Assembly: GCA_030586555.1 (NCBI GenBank)
Contig: JAURAC010000013.1
Coordinates: 1-50,670, forward strand
Origin: Candidatus Subterrananammoxibius californiae
Lineage (GTDB): Bacteria; Planctomycetota; Brocadiia; Brocadiales; Subterrananammoxibiaceae
Direction: 5' to 3'
DNA length: 50,670 nucleotides
The notes beneath the pieces were generated by a model. It was not told the DNA's origin, did not search any database, and worked only from the letters and a program-made list of their open reading frames with translations. Each line of letters starts with the position of its first letter. The stretch's first letter is position 1. Of the stretch, positions 37,502 to 47,835 are shown piece after piece. Both the position numbers and the translations under genes were made by a program.

Positions 37502-38603
37502 ATGATTAACGAACTTGATAAAGAACTAAAGCCACTCAGAAACCGTCTATATCACCTTCGAGGCTCTCTTTGACTTAGAGGCTAAGGAAAAAGAACTTAT
37601 TAACCTTGAGAGGGAGATGGCAAACGCCACCTTCTGGGAAAATAAAGAGAAGGCCCAAGAAACGGTCAAGAAGTTAAAGACCCTCAAAGAAGTTACCACG
37701 CCTTTAAAGGAGCTGCAGGAATCATTTAATGACATTATGGAATTGACCGAGCTCATTGAAAAAGAACACGATGAGGAGTTTGAGGAAGAAATAGTTTCTG
37801 AACTCAAACAGTTTACCAGAAAGCTGGAAAGGTTTGAGCTTCGCACAATGCTTTCTGGACCGGATGATAGTCGTAACGCATACCTGAGCATTCATGCAGG
37901 GGCAGGTGGAACAGAGTCTTGTGATTGGGCTTCGATGTTGTTACGGATGTACTGCCGCTGGGCTGAGAAGAACGGCTATAGCTATGAATTGTTAGAAGTT
38001 CTGCCAGGTGAGGAAGCAGGCATAAAGCGGGTTACAACCAATATCAAGGGCGAATGGGCTTATGGTTACCTTAAATCGGAGATTGGCGTGCATCGGCTCG
38101 TTCGCATATCCCCATTTGACGCTAATCATAGACGGCATACGTCCTTTGCTGCAGTGGACGTGACTCCGGAGGTTGATGACGCCGCTGAAATTGAAATAAA
38201 AGACGAGGAGCTGCGAGTTGATACCTACAGGGCAAGTGGCGCGGGAGGACAGCATGTTAACAAGACATCCTCGGCAGTCAGGCTGACGCATATACCTACC
38301 GGCATAGTAGTTCAATGCCAGAGCGAACGGTCTCAACACCAAAACAGAAAATTGGCAATGAGGATGTTAAAGGCAAAACTGCACCAATTGAGGGAAAAGG
38401 AACGTGAAAAAGAACTTGCCGCTGCCTATGATGAAAAGGGCGAAATAGCGTGGGGAAACCAAATAAGGTCTTATGTCCTGCAGCCTTATACCCTTGTTAA
38501 AGACCTGCGTACAGGCAAAGAAACAGGTAACGCCCAGGCAGTCTTAGATGGTGAAATAGAGGATTTTATGGAAACCTATCTTAAATGGAAGATGGGAAAG
38601 TAA
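37502..38603 (+). CDS. prfB: Peptide chain release factor 2 with programmed +1 frameshift
   Basis: ATG 37502, 23 codons, then CTT TGA C at 37568-37574; the +1 frame joins ORF 37617 carrying SPF and GGQ motifs. Confidence 0.96.
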
Positions 38604-38681
38604 GCAAAAAGGCAACGTGTCTTTGAGCAAAAGATTGGTGGGCACAGCCCGCCTTACTTTTTGATAGGATGGAAAAATTTA

Positions 38682-39944
38682 ATGTCATTAGAGATACTAA
38701 AACAAACAGACCCCGAAATATGGCAAGCTATAAAAGAAGAAACTGAAAGACAACGCTCAACTATCCAGTTGATAGCCTCAGAAAACTATTGCAGCCAGGC
38801 GGTATTACAAGCACAGGGCTCAATAATGACAAATAAGTATGCAGAAGGTTACCCTGACAAACGCTGGTATGCAGGTTGCTCCTATGTAGATACCGCTGAA
38901 AAACTGGCTATAGAACGAGCGAAAGAATTATTCCACGCCGAGTATGCAAACGTTCAGCCTCACTCTGGTTCGCAGGCAAATATGGCCGTTCTCTTTGCAG
39001 CCCTCAGTCCTGGCCACAAAATACTCACCATGGACCTATCGCACGGGGGACACTTAACACACGGTTTTAAGAAAAACTTTTCTGGCCAGTTGTACGATGT
39101 CGTGCATTACGGTGTTAATAAAGAAACAGGGCAAATTGATTACGATGAGGTAAAAAATATAGCGCTCCAGCATTGCCCCGACATGATTATTGCAGGCGCA
39201 AGTGCTTATCCGAGACAAATTGATTTTGCAAAATTTAAAGAAATTGCAGACGAGGCAGGCGCACTGTTCATGGTTGATATGGCACATATTGCCGGGCTCG
39301 TTGCCGCAGACGTTCATCCAGATCCTATTCCTCACGCCGATTTTGTAACAACATCAACACACAAAACTCTCCGTGGCCCACGAGGAGGACTAATTCTCTG
39401 CAAAGCCCAGTATGGTAAAAAGATTGATCAGTACGTCTTCCCTGGCACACAGGGTGGTCCGCTAATGCACATCATCGCCGCTAAGGCCGTGTCATTCAAG
39501 GAGGCAATGACAGAAGAATTCAAGGCTTGTCAGGAACAAACGATTACAAATGCAAGAACCATTGCACAAGAAATGAAGAATAAAGGCTATATAATTGTTT
39601 CTGGTGGGACAGATAACCATCTTTTGCTTGTAGATTTAAGCAACAAGGGTATAACTGGCAAGATGGCTCAAGGACTTTTGGAAGAGGTTGGAATCGTTTT
39701 AAATAGAAATGTTATACCTTTTGACACAAGAAGCCCCAATGACCCAAGCGGGATTAGAATCGGTACACCTTCCGTAACCACAAGAGGAATGAAGGAACCC
39801 GAGATGGCGCAAATTTCACAATGGATTGACCAGGTGTTATCATCTCCAGAAGACGAAACTGTTAAGAAAACTGTTAGAAAAGAAGTCGGCGAACTGTGCG
39901 CCGCATTCCCCTTGTACGAACTTGAGACAGTAGCTGTTAGCTGA
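38682..39944 (+). CDS. glyA: Serine hydroxymethyltransferase
   Basis: [38 protein letters not shown]. Confidence 0.97.
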   Translation: MSLEILKQTDPEIWQAIKEETERQRSTIQLIASENYCSQAVLQAQGSIMTNKYAEGYPDKRWYAGCSYVDTAEKLAIERAKELFHAEYANVQPHSGSQANMAVLFAALSPGHKILTMDLSHGGHLTHGFKKNFSGQLYDVVHYGVNKETGQIDYDEVKNIALQHCPDMIIAGASAYPRQIDFAKFKEIADEAGALFMVDMAHIAGLVAADVHPDPIPHADFVTTSTHKTLRGPRGGLILCKAQYGKKIDQYVFPGTQGGPLMHIIAAKAVSFKEAMTEEFKACQEQTITNARTIAQEMKNKGYIIVSGGTDNHLLLVDLSNKGITGKMAQGLLEEVGIVLNRNVIPFDTRSPNDPSGIRIGTPSVTTRGMKEPEMAQISQWIDQVLSSPEDETVKKTVRKEVGELCAAFPLYELETVAVS

Positions 39945-39976
39945 TAGCTCATAGCTGATAGCTGTTAACTTAATTT

Positions 39977-40981
39977 ATGAAAAGAATCCTTATCCTCGGA
40001 GACGGCGGATGGGGAACTGCACTTGCCATTACATTGCATGAAAAAGGGCATCATGTTGCCCTATGGGGCGCTTTCCCTCAATATGCAGAGTATCTCTCCA
40101 AACACAGAGAAAATACCAAGTACCTTCCTGATATTACCATTCCCAACAGTCTAACAATAACCTCAGACATACCCACAGCTCTTAACGGGGCTGAGTATAT
40201 TGTTGCCGCAGTGCCAACGCCTTTCCTCCGCTCGGTCATTAAAAACCTGAAGAAGCATTATACGCCCGGCATTCCTATTGTCTGCGTTGCCAAGGGTATT
40301 GAAAATGAAACCCTCATGTGCGGCAGCCAGATAATAAGGGATGTATTAGGAGAACAGCCTATTGCGCTACTCTTTGGTCCCAGCCATGCAGAAGAAGTAG
40401 CACGTAAATTACCCACCACTGTTGTCGCTTCATCACAAGATTTATCCCTCGCAAAACAAGTTCAGAATATTTTCATAACCAATAGATTCAGGGTCTATAC
40501 CAACCCCGATACAATAGGGGTAGAGTTAGGCGCAGCGCTAAAAAACGTTATTGCCATTGCGGCAGGAATATGTGATGGACTGGGCTTCGGCGACAACTCA
40601 AAGGCAGCGCTCATAACGCGGGGGCTGGCAGAGATAACTCGACTCGGCATCGCAATGGGGGCAAAGAAAAGCACATTCTCCGGACTCACTGGACTCGGTG
40701 ACTTGATTACCACATGTGTGAGCCCTTATGGCAGAAACCGCTTTGTAGGCGAACAAATTGGGAAAGGAAGGAAATTAAAAGAGATTCTTTCTGAAATGGA
40801 ACAGGTTGCTGAAGGGGTTTTAACAACCAAATCTGTATGCGCCCTTGCAGATAAATACAAGGTCGAGATGCCTATCACCAGTGAGGTTTACAAGACCCTG
40901 TTTGAAGACAAATCCCCACTTCAAGCCGTCAACGACCTGATGATGCGCACTCCTAAGTCCGAGGTGGAAGAATTAGAATAA
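39977..40981 (+). CDS. gpsA: NAD(P)H-dependent glycerol-3-phosphate dehydrogenase
   Basis: LGDGGWGTALA, GPSHAEEV, ALKNVIAIAAG, GLGDLITTC.S..GRN. Confidence 0.96.
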   Translation: MKRILILGDGGWGTALAITLHEKGHHVALWGAFPQYAEYLSKHRENTKYLPDITIPNSLTITSDIPTALNGAEYIVAAVPTPFLRSVIKNLKKHYTPGIPIVCVAKGIENETLMCGSQIIRDVLGEQPIALLFGPSHAEEVARKLPTTVVASSQDLSLAKQVQNIFITNRFRVYTNPDTIGVELGAALKNVIAIAAGICDGLGFGDNSKAALITRGLAEITRLGIAMGAKKSTFSGLTGLGDLITTCVSPYGRNRFVGEQIGKGRKLKEILSEMEQVAEGVLTTKSVCALADKYKVEMPITSEVYKTLFEDKSPLQAVNDLMMRTPKSEVEELE

Positions 40982-41009
40982 CCATTCTCTCCCTTAAGGG
41001 AAAGAGGGA

Positions 41010-41775
41010 AAAGGGGACAGATTTATTTTTGCTCATTTCCTTTTGGTCTACCTTGCCCTCGGAATTCGACACGTCTCCCAATCTTTTTAGCGACCTCCTC
41101 AATAAATTGGTTACTTCCAGTTAATTGACATCTCTGCACAGCTTGTCTTATTAACTCCCATTCACCCTTCGGAATTGATTCCTTTACAAACTCCTCATAT
41201 CTTTCCTCACACTGTTTATCGCTCATCCCAAAACCCTTGTAACATATGTCAAGGTCTAACCAGTCAAGTTTTTCTATACCTACCTTGTATTTGTAACTCG
41301 ACCATTTGTAATTTTCAGGAATGTCTACTATGCCAGCCCTTATAGGGTTTAGCTCCACATAGCGACAACATGCCAGAAGGTATTCATTATACTTGATGGG
41401 ACTGGATTTGTAGCGACCCTCCCATAATGTCCCTCTTCGTCCTTCTAACTTATTAACATAGCGGGTTTGTCGTCCTGAAACTCGCTTCATAAGTAATGCT
41501 AAATTTTCTATCTTATCGCCAGGATCTACTATCAGGTGAACATGGTTTGTCATAAGACAATAAGCATAAACCTTACACCCCAAAATCTTCTTCCATTCAT
41601 TAAGGTTCTTAAGGTAGTAAAGGTAATCTTCATCAGTTGCAAAAACCATCTGCCTATTATGCCCTCTTTGAATGACATGGTGGGGATAATTAGGTAATAC
41701 AACCCGCGGGATTCTTGGCATGGAACCATTTTACTCAAATCACTTTTTGTGTCAATAAATAAATCTGTCCCCTTT
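41010..41775 (-). mobile_element. RAYT/Y1 HUH transposase element bounded by a perfect 19-bp inverted repeat
   Basis: AAAGGGGACAGATTTATTT at 41010-41028 and its reverse complement at 41757-41775. Confidence 0.75.
41023..41721 (-). CDS. REP-associated tyrosine transposase (RAYT)-like / IS200-like Y1 HUH protein
   Basis: HHVIQRGHNR, YCLMTNHVHL (HUH), LWEGRYKS, RYVELNPIRAG, YKWSSY. Confidence 0.9.
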   Translation of the reverse strand: MPRIPRVVLPNYPHHVIQRGHNRQMVFATDEDYLYYLKNLNEWKKILGCKVYAYCLMTNHVHLIVDPGDKIENLALLMKRVSGRQTRYVNKLEGRRGTLWEGRYKSSPIKYNEYLLACCRYVELNPIRAGIVDIPENYKWSSYKYKVGIEKLDWLDLDICYKGFGMSDKQCEERYEEFVKESIPKGEWELIRQAVQRCQLTGSNQFIEEVAKKIGRRVEFRGQGRPKGNEQK

Positions 41776-41827
41776 ACGGCGAAATTTAGAAAATTTTTCT
41801 TGACGCATGCCTATCGTAACATATAAT

Positions 41828-41941
41828 ACAGACAACAGATGACAGACATTCAGACAACAGACGGTAATTGCCTGCGTTCTACAAATCTGACTGTCTGTAA
41901 TCTGTCCTTCTGTGCTCTGTAATCTGAATATCTGTGTTCTG
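41828..41941. repeat. Heptamer-repeat long hairpin
   Basis: ACAGACA/ACAGATG/ACAGACA... facing TCTGACT/GTCTGTA/ATCTGTC... Confidence 0.65.
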
Positions 41942-41995
41942 AGGCGGGTTTTAGTTGACAAATCATTTACTAAGATAGTATAATTCGCATTTAAT

Positions 41996-43744
41996 ATGCT
42001 TAGCGTTACGGACAAGATAGAAAAACACGAAACCTTTACTCAAGTAGGAGAACTGCTTGAGGACGCAAGAAAATTCTTTAACCGCATCGGGAACGCAGCG
42101 ATTGAAAGAAAGGTTGTAGATATGGCTATCCAGATGCGCGAACCATTTTATATAATTGCGGCAGGCGAATACAATTCAGGAAAGTCGAGTTTTATAAACG
42201 CCCTTCTCGGCGATAACGTGGTTTCCGTTGGTCCTACACCTACTACCGACAAAATCACCCTCTTAACATACGGTGAAGAAGTATCCTCGGATGGCATAAG
42301 CGACCATCTCTGTCGCATAAGCTACCCCCTCGAAGCGCTCAAGGAAATTACCCTTGTTGACACGCCGGGCACTAACTCCATCATGCGTGAACAAAGTCAT
42401 CTTATAGAAGACTTTGTCCATCGTGCAGAACTTATCCTGTTCATCACCTCGAGCGACAGTCCACTTAGCGATAGCGAGAGGATGTTTCTTGAATTTCTCA
42501 GGACGAAGTGGGGTAGAAAGGTCCTTATTATTCTAAATAAAATTGATTTAAAGAACGATGCCGAGTTGAATGAAATTATTACTTTTATCGAAAAGAATTG
42601 TTATAAGCTTCTTGGCTTTGAGCCAAAGATTCTAACTGTTTCAGCCCTCGAGGCTTGTCGTGCCAAGACCAGCGGTGATATAAAACTTAAGCAAAAAAGC
42701 AAGATAGAAGAGGTCGAAGAGTTCGTCTTCGAAAAGCTCGATTTGGCTGTAAAAATGGAATTTAAACTCTCGAGCCCGTTGAGATTCCTTCTTGGTGTAT
42801 TTGACGAACTCAAACAAGACCTTCAAGAAAAGGTTGCACTTTACAATACTCATATAAAAAGCGTCGAACGCCTCGAGGCACGTATTGAAAATAAGAAACG
42901 AGAGATGAGGGAATATATACTCAAATATAAAGGGGACATACCATTGGTTTTCTCCAGACTTAAAGAAAAGATAGATACCTTCTTATCCTATAACATGACG
43001 ACAAGGATGCTTATTGCAACAATGTTTGCTCGTGAAAAGATAGATGAAAGATTCAAGCGTGATGTCTTCAATATTGCAAACCCACTCTCAGAACTTGACC
43101 GAATAATTAGCGATGCCGTTGATTATGTTACAAGAAATACCCGTTCATTATGGGAAATGGCTCATGATTATATCGAAGCAGAAATCAGCCGGGAACGCAG
43201 GCTTGGAAGCGCATCGGAAGGACATCTCAGTCATCACTACGAAGACCGAAAAGAAGAACTCACTGCAACCCTGAAAGAGCACTCAAAAGAATATCGAGAG
43301 CTCGATGCGATACGCGAAGGAGAAAGGATACGAAGTACGGCTCAGAGCGGTCTTATGAACTTCCTGATTATCGAGGGACTTGCCATTGCTTCTGGTATCG
43401 GCTTCACATCACTGTTTTCCTGGGGAGGTCCAAATCTAACTGTAAGCATATTTGCATGTATCCTTGCAGGGATTGGATTCATCATTATCCCAAAGAAAAG
43501 AAGGACTTTCCGCAGAGAATTATTTAAGCGGGTTGATGCCCTGCCAGAAAGGTTTTCAGATTTTCTGACATCGGAACTCTGTAAGGTCATAGACCGCGTG
43601 ATTGAGAACATAGGGAATAGTATGGCTTCTTACCGTGACCATCGCTGGGCAGAAAGAGAAGAGGTCATTAGACGCTCTAACGAGCTAAACGACCTTGCTG
43701 AAAGAGCAAAAAGTCTTATGAGAAAGGCATCGCAACGGAGCTAA
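41996..43744 (+). CDS. Bacterial dynamin-like GTPase
   Basis: GEYNSGKS (G1), PTT (G2), DTPG (G3), NKID (G4), helical trunk, C-terminal hydrophobic hairpin. Confidence 0.88.
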   Translation: MLSVTDKIEKHETFTQVGELLEDARKFFNRIGNAAIERKVVDMAIQMREPFYIIAAGEYNSGKSSFINALLGDNVVSVGPTPTTDKITLLTYGEEVSSDGISDHLCRISYPLEALKEITLVDTPGTNSIMREQSHLIEDFVHRAELILFITSSDSPLSDSERMFLEFLRTKWGRKVLIILNKIDLKNDAELNEIITFIEKNCYKLLGFEPKILTVSALEACRAKTSGDIKLKQKSKIEEVEEFVFEKLDLAVKMEFKLSSPLRFLLGVFDELKQDLQEKVALYNTHIKSVERLEARIENKKREMREYILKYKGDIPLVFSRLKEKIDTFLSYNMTTRMLIATMFAREKIDERFKRDVFNIANPLSELDRIISDAVDYVTRNTRSLWEMAHDYIEAEISRERRLGSASEGHLSHHYEDRKEELTATLKEHSKEYRELDAIREGERIRSTAQSGLMNFLIIEGLAIASGIGFTSLFSWGGPNLTVSIFACILAGIGFIIIPKKRRTFRRELFKRVDALPERFSDFLTSELCKVIDRVIENIGNSMASYRDHRWAEREEVIRRSNELNDLAERAKSLMRKASQRS

Positions 43745-43824
43745 TAGCTGATAGCGAATGGTTCATAGTACAGCAGGTACTATCAGCCATGAGCTACGAG
43801 CCATGAACTATAAAGGAGAAAAAT

Positions 43825-44604
43825 GTGAAATACTATGTGTCGCTGATTATATTCACGTGCCTATTTTGTATCCAATGCACGGTCTGGGCTGAAAACTGTG
43901 AGATGTGTTTTGAAAAAACTGCCCCAGGTGAAAAATTATGCGCCTCATGTAAAAAACAGTACCCTGCATACGATACTTCATCCAGAGAAGAACAATTACT
44001 TACCAACGTAAATAAAACAAGAAAGATTTACAGGAAGGCTCTTGGAGAGTTAGTGCAATTTTATCAGACAATTGGCAACCATACCCGTTTGAGCGCTGCA
44101 CAAAAGGAACTCGAAGGTTTTGATAGGTCTCCGCAACCATTATACAGCCTTCTCTTTGCAAATGAAAAAAACGTACACCCGAGCCAGGATATTCCTGAGG
44201 CAAATGCGCTCTTTGAGGAAGGTAAAACCCTGAAAGACTCTTACGACATAATAAACAAAAAGGCAAAACAGACCACGGCGCTTGAGGATTTCAGCAGGAT
44301 AATAAGCGAGTATCCTGAAAGTGATAAGGCAGATGATGCGGCATTCGAGATAGCAGAGATATACTCAGGCTTCCTTTTTCAGGAATATGAATGGGCTGCC
44401 GAGCAATATGTAAAGTCCTATAGATGGAATACAGAAACCAATAGACCAGCCCTCTACCTTGCTGCCAAAATATACGACGAAAAACTTAAGGATTATGCAA
44501 AGGCAGCGCCACTTTACAGAGAGGCAGCGGAAATCAGTCCAACTACCAAGCTCAGGGAGGCTTCAAAGAAGAGGGCTGAGGAATTGGCAAGATTAGGCTT
44601 CTAA
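43825..44604 (+). CDS. Exported TPR-repeat (BamD/YfiO-like) protein
   Basis: Signal peptide, CxxC...CxxC, YPESDKADDAAFEIAEIY, A..Y helical repeats. Confidence 0.65.
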   Translation: MKYYVSLIIFTCLFCIQCTVWAENCEMCFEKTAPGEKLCASCKKQYPAYDTSSREEQLLTNVNKTRKIYRKALGELVQFYQTIGNHTRLSAAQKELEGFDRSPQPLYSLLFANEKNVHPSQDIPEANALFEEGKTLKDSYDIINKKAKQTTALEDFSRIISEYPESDKADDAAFEIAEIYSGFLFQEYEWAAEQYVKSYRWNTETNRPALYLAAKIYDEKLKDYAKAAPLYREAAEISPTTKLREASKKRAEELARLGF

Positions 44605-44698
44605 ACCCACCCGTCTTAAACGGCTGAAGGGGAAAAAGGCTGAAGGCTCAATGAAAAAAGTTCTTCAGCCCTCAGCCCTCAGCCTTAATCCTTCAGAT

Positions 44699-45178
44699 AT
44701 GCTTTTTGGCATTGGCTATGACATTCACAGATTAGTAGAAAACCGTAAACTGGTTCTCGGCGGCGTTCTTTTTAAATACCATCTTGGTCTTTTAGGGCAT
44801 TCGGATGCCGATGTTGTCTTGCACGCCGTCTCTGATGCACTCTTAGGCGCAGCAGCCCTTGGAGATATCGGGGAGCACTTCCCCGATACAGACCCAGCAT
44901 GGAAGGACGTTCCAAGCGACGTCATACTTACAAAAATTCTCGAATTTATTAAAGAAAAACACTTGCACCTGAACAACGTTGATGTCATAATCTTTGCACA
45001 GGAACCAAAGATAGGCGATGGAAAACTCAAAATAAAGCAAAGGCTTTCGGATTTACTGAATGTAGACCAATCTCGAGTAAACATTAAGGCAAAAACTATG
45101 GAAGGACTTGATGCCGTTGGCAGAGGCGAGGCAATAGCGGCACAAGCGATTGTCAGCTTGTGTGAAAAGGAAACGTAA
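44699..45178 (+). CDS. ispF: 2-C-methyl-D-erythritol 2,4-cyclodiphosphate synthase
   Basis: GIGYDIHRL, GHSDADVVLHA..DALLGA..LGDIG.HFPD, NIKAKT.EGL; the alternative start 44651 lies in a heptamer hairpin. Confidence 0.95.
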   Translation: MLFGIGYDIHRLVENRKLVLGGVLFKYHLGLLGHSDADVVLHAVSDALLGAAALGDIGEHFPDTDPAWKDVPSDVILTKILEFIKEKHLHLNNVDVIIFAQEPKIGDGKLKIKQRLSDLLNVDQSRVNIKAKTMEGLDAVGRGEAIAAQAIVSLCEKET

Positions 45179-45237
45179 AATTCCCCTTCTTATTCCCCCT
45201 TTATCAAGGGGGGACTGAGGAGAATTGGTATAGAAAA

Positions 45238-45588
45238 ATGTTAGAAGAAACGGAACCTGGTAGCGGTGTTATTATCTTTGACAGAAAGATAGATGGCGTC
45301 CTGAGCAAATTTTATACGGGACTGTTTTCTATAATACTTCTGCCTCCACTCCTATTATTTGCAGCAGCATTGGCAATAGGCGTTGCCCTGCTCATCTTCC
45401 CCTTAGCCTCCATTGCCCTGCTTAGCACATTCCCTGTAATATTATTTTCACTCGTTATTCTTGGTATTGCCTTGCCTGTCGGTGGTCCAATAATTATTAT
45501 TTACCTGTTAATTACCGAAAAAGGCAAGCTGTCAATCTGGCCCAGCAACGGAATAATAAGACTACGCTTTTTCAAGAGAAAGCAGTAA
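45238..45588 (+). CDS. Hypothetical membrane protein
   Basis: Long hydrophobic stretch, basic C-terminus. Confidence 0.55.
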   Translation: MLEETEPGSGVIIFDRKIDGVLSKFYTGLFSIILLPPLLLFAAALAIGVALLIFPLASIALLSTFPVILFSLVILGIALPVGGPIIIIYLLITEKGKLSIWPSNGIIRLRFFKRKQ

Positions 45589-45781
45589 ACAACAAACTTT
45601 GGGCCTGCCCTAATCCGCCTAAGGTGGAGAACGGGTTAGTTGATTTCAATTCGCCTGAGGCTGACAAAGCCTCAGTATCTACCACGGTTTTGCGCATGTT
45701 TATGGTAGACAATGCGCCCACGAAGTGGGCACCAGAACCTCGTTGTCTACCGCTTCGTCTTCTCATCTCAGCGTCTTTCCG

Positions 45782-46495
45782 TTACATATTTAAGGTTACT
45801 AACTTCCTTTTAAGGTCTGCAATGGACCCTGATGGATTAAGGTTCTTTGGGCATACGACTTGACAGTTAAACATAGTATGACATCTCCACGCCCCATCAT
45901 CGCCATTTACAATCAATAATCGTTCCTTAATCTCACCATCCCTGGAATCCTGGACAAAGCGGTTCATTTGCAAAAGAGCGGCAGGTCCTAAATAATTCTT
46001 GTCTGTTAAGGTAACTGTACAGGAAGAATAACAGCATGCACACAGGATGCAGTCAATTAATATGTCAACCCTTGCCCTATCGTCCGGGCTTTGCGACCAT
46101 TCCTTTTCAGGGGGTGGGGAGCCTGGCATCAGGTACGGCTTGATTAACTCATATTTCTTCCAGAACGGGTCGAGATTAACAACAAGGTCACGCTGAATCT
46201 CAAGATGCCCGAGAGGTCTTACTATTATCTTTCTACTGCTCAAGGATAATATAGGCGTATTGCATGCCAGCCTGTATTTCCCATTAATGTGCATTGCGCA
46301 AGACCCGCATACGCCCGCCCTGCAAGAAGACCTGAATGCCAATGACCCATCAAGCCTTTGCTGTATATAATAAAGACCGTCAAGAACCGTTAAGACATTC
46401 CCACCGACGGGCACTAAATACTTTTTGAAATAAGGTCTTTTATCCTTTTCAGGGTCGAACCGAAAGACCTTGAACGTAACCTGTTTTCTTCCCAT
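45782..46495 (-). CDS. sdhB: Succinate dehydrogenase/fumarate reductase iron-sulfur subunit
   Basis: SCRAGVCGSCAM..NG...LAC, CILCACCYSSC, CHTMFNC..VCPK. Confidence 0.95.
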   Translation of the reverse strand: MGRKQVTFKVFRFDPEKDKRPYFKKYLVPVGGNVLTVLDGLYYIQQRLDGSLAFRSSCRAGVCGSCAMHINGKYRLACNTPILSLSSRKIIVRPLGHLEIQRDLVVNLDPFWKKYELIKPYLMPGSPPPEKEWSQSPDDRARVDILIDCILCACCYSSCTVTLTDKNYLGPAALLQMNRFVQDSRDGEIKERLLIVNGDDGAWRCHTMFNCQVVCPKNLNPSGSIADLKRKLVTLNM

Positions 46496-46660
46496 TTATA
46501 GTTCACCCATATTCTTCTCAAGAAAACTCAATCAGGTCTGGAAGATATTTCTCTGGCGCTATTGGTGTTTGGCTAAACTTTAGCATGTTCAATTTGCTTC
46601 TAACCTTAAAAAGTCTCTTCTATAGCCTTTTCCTCATCTAATACATCTTCACATAGTTCT

Positions 46661-46951
46661 TTATACTCCTTTCTCATACAAAACCTTCCCCTTAGATAAA
46701 ATTCTTTTACAAAGGTGTTCTCTTAGATCGTCTAAATCAAATATATCCACTTCATCATCTACCACCATGGATACCTTCCCATAATACTTAAAAAAATCTC
46801 TCGGATTAATCCCGCTAACTGCTATATCAATGTCCTGTGCGGTTTCAACATCCTCAAGACATGAACCAAACAATAGCACTTTCTCTATACCAAACTCTTT
46901 ACTAATATCAATAATCTTTCCCAACTCCGCTTCAAGAATTTCTTTTTTCAT
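46661..46951 (-). CDS. Minimal nucleotidyltransferase (MNT) antitoxin-like protein
   Basis: VLLFGS......DIDIAV, VDIFDL. Confidence 0.85.
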   Translation of the reverse strand: MKKEILEAELGKIIDISKEFGIEKVLLFGSCLEDVETAQDIDIAVSGINPRDFFKYYGKVSMVVDDEVDIFDLDDLREHLCKRILSKGKVLYEKGV

Positions 46952-47108
46952 TATTTATTGCCTCAAGTTCAAACCCTTAAATAAGGTCATCGCATGGTTA
47001 CTAAGGGACAACTCTTATATTTTGACTCAAGCAAACCAACCATCCCCCTCAGGTGGGTTCATTAAAATCAATTTCAAATTTGAAGGTTTACCCCCGTTCT
47101 TCCCTTTC

Positions 47109-47483
47109 TTAAACCCCAATTTCCAGCAATATCTTGTCGTAATCAACGGTGGGAATGGTTTTTTCTCTACCTGTCTTGCTTTTCTTTAACTCTACAAGTC
47201 CGAGTTCCTTGAGATAATTGAGGTCGTCTATAACGTTAGTTAAATCTCTATGAAGGATTTTGGCAAGTTCGTAGGTAGAAGAAGGATGTTTTTCCTTGAT
47301 AGTATGAAGTATTTCTAACCTTTTCTCTGTCAATATCTTTCTCATAGCGTCAAGGTTCTCAAAGTAAACCCCTGTTTGCATTTTAACCTTCTCACCCTTT
47401 GAAAGTCTATTCATGACTTCTTTTGCTTCAATAAAGGCTTCCTCCTTAGTTCTAATTCCTATTTTTACATTCTTAACCTTCAC
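47109..47483 (-). CDS. HVO_A0114-like HTH protein (antitoxin-like partner of DUF6516)
   Basis: FENLDAMRKILTEKRLEILHTIK...S.YELAK.L.RD..NV..DL..L.ELGLV. Confidence 0.75.
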   Translation of the reverse strand: MKVKNVKIGIRTKEEAFIEAKEVMNRLSKGEKVKMQTGVYFENLDAMRKILTEKRLEILHTIKEKHPSSTYELAKILHRDLTNVIDDLNYLKELGLVELKKSKTGREKTIPTVDYDKILLEIGV

Positions 47484-47629
47484 AACTTACCCTCTTTAAC
47501 TTTTGTAATATCTTTTTTAAAGTCCTCAAATAGTTTATCTATGCTTTCAAATTCATAACTAAACTCTTTATCCTTGAGATGTCTGTGGTCTCCTTTGCCT
47601 TCACTATTATCATAACCAATAACTTTGCT
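47480..47629 (-). pseudogene. C-terminal fragment of a DUF6516 (TumE-like) toxin
   Basis: Reverse frame reads KVIGYDNSEGKGDHRHLKDKEFSYEFESIDKLFEDFKKDI; cut off by the palindrome GGTTCAATCT-ACA-AGATTGAACC at 47630-47652. Confidence 0.7.
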
Positions 47630-47758
47630 GGTTCAATCTACAAGATTGAACCGGCAGAAAAAATTTCTTTTTTCACCTGAAAATCCTCAATTTCCATTCT
47701 CTTTTGTGCCGCAAACCAAGTAGGCAACGAACTTTATGTTACCCCACCCAGATCTCAA

Positions 47759-47817
47759 GGTGGCATGGACAAATTCATTTGTCCGTGCACGGATAAACAA
47801 GTTTATCCATGCCACCC
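47759..47817. repeat. GGGTGGCA-family REP doublet
   Basis: GGTGGCATGGACAAATTCATTTGTCCGTG-CACGGATAAACAAGTTTATCCATGCCACCC. Confidence 0.8.
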
Positions 47818-47835
47818 AGTTTTTGAAAGATAAGT

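Noticed and set aside
37568..37574. prfB in-frame TGA as pseudogene or novelty
   Set aside because: This is the well-known CTT-TGA-C autoregulatory +1 frameshift.
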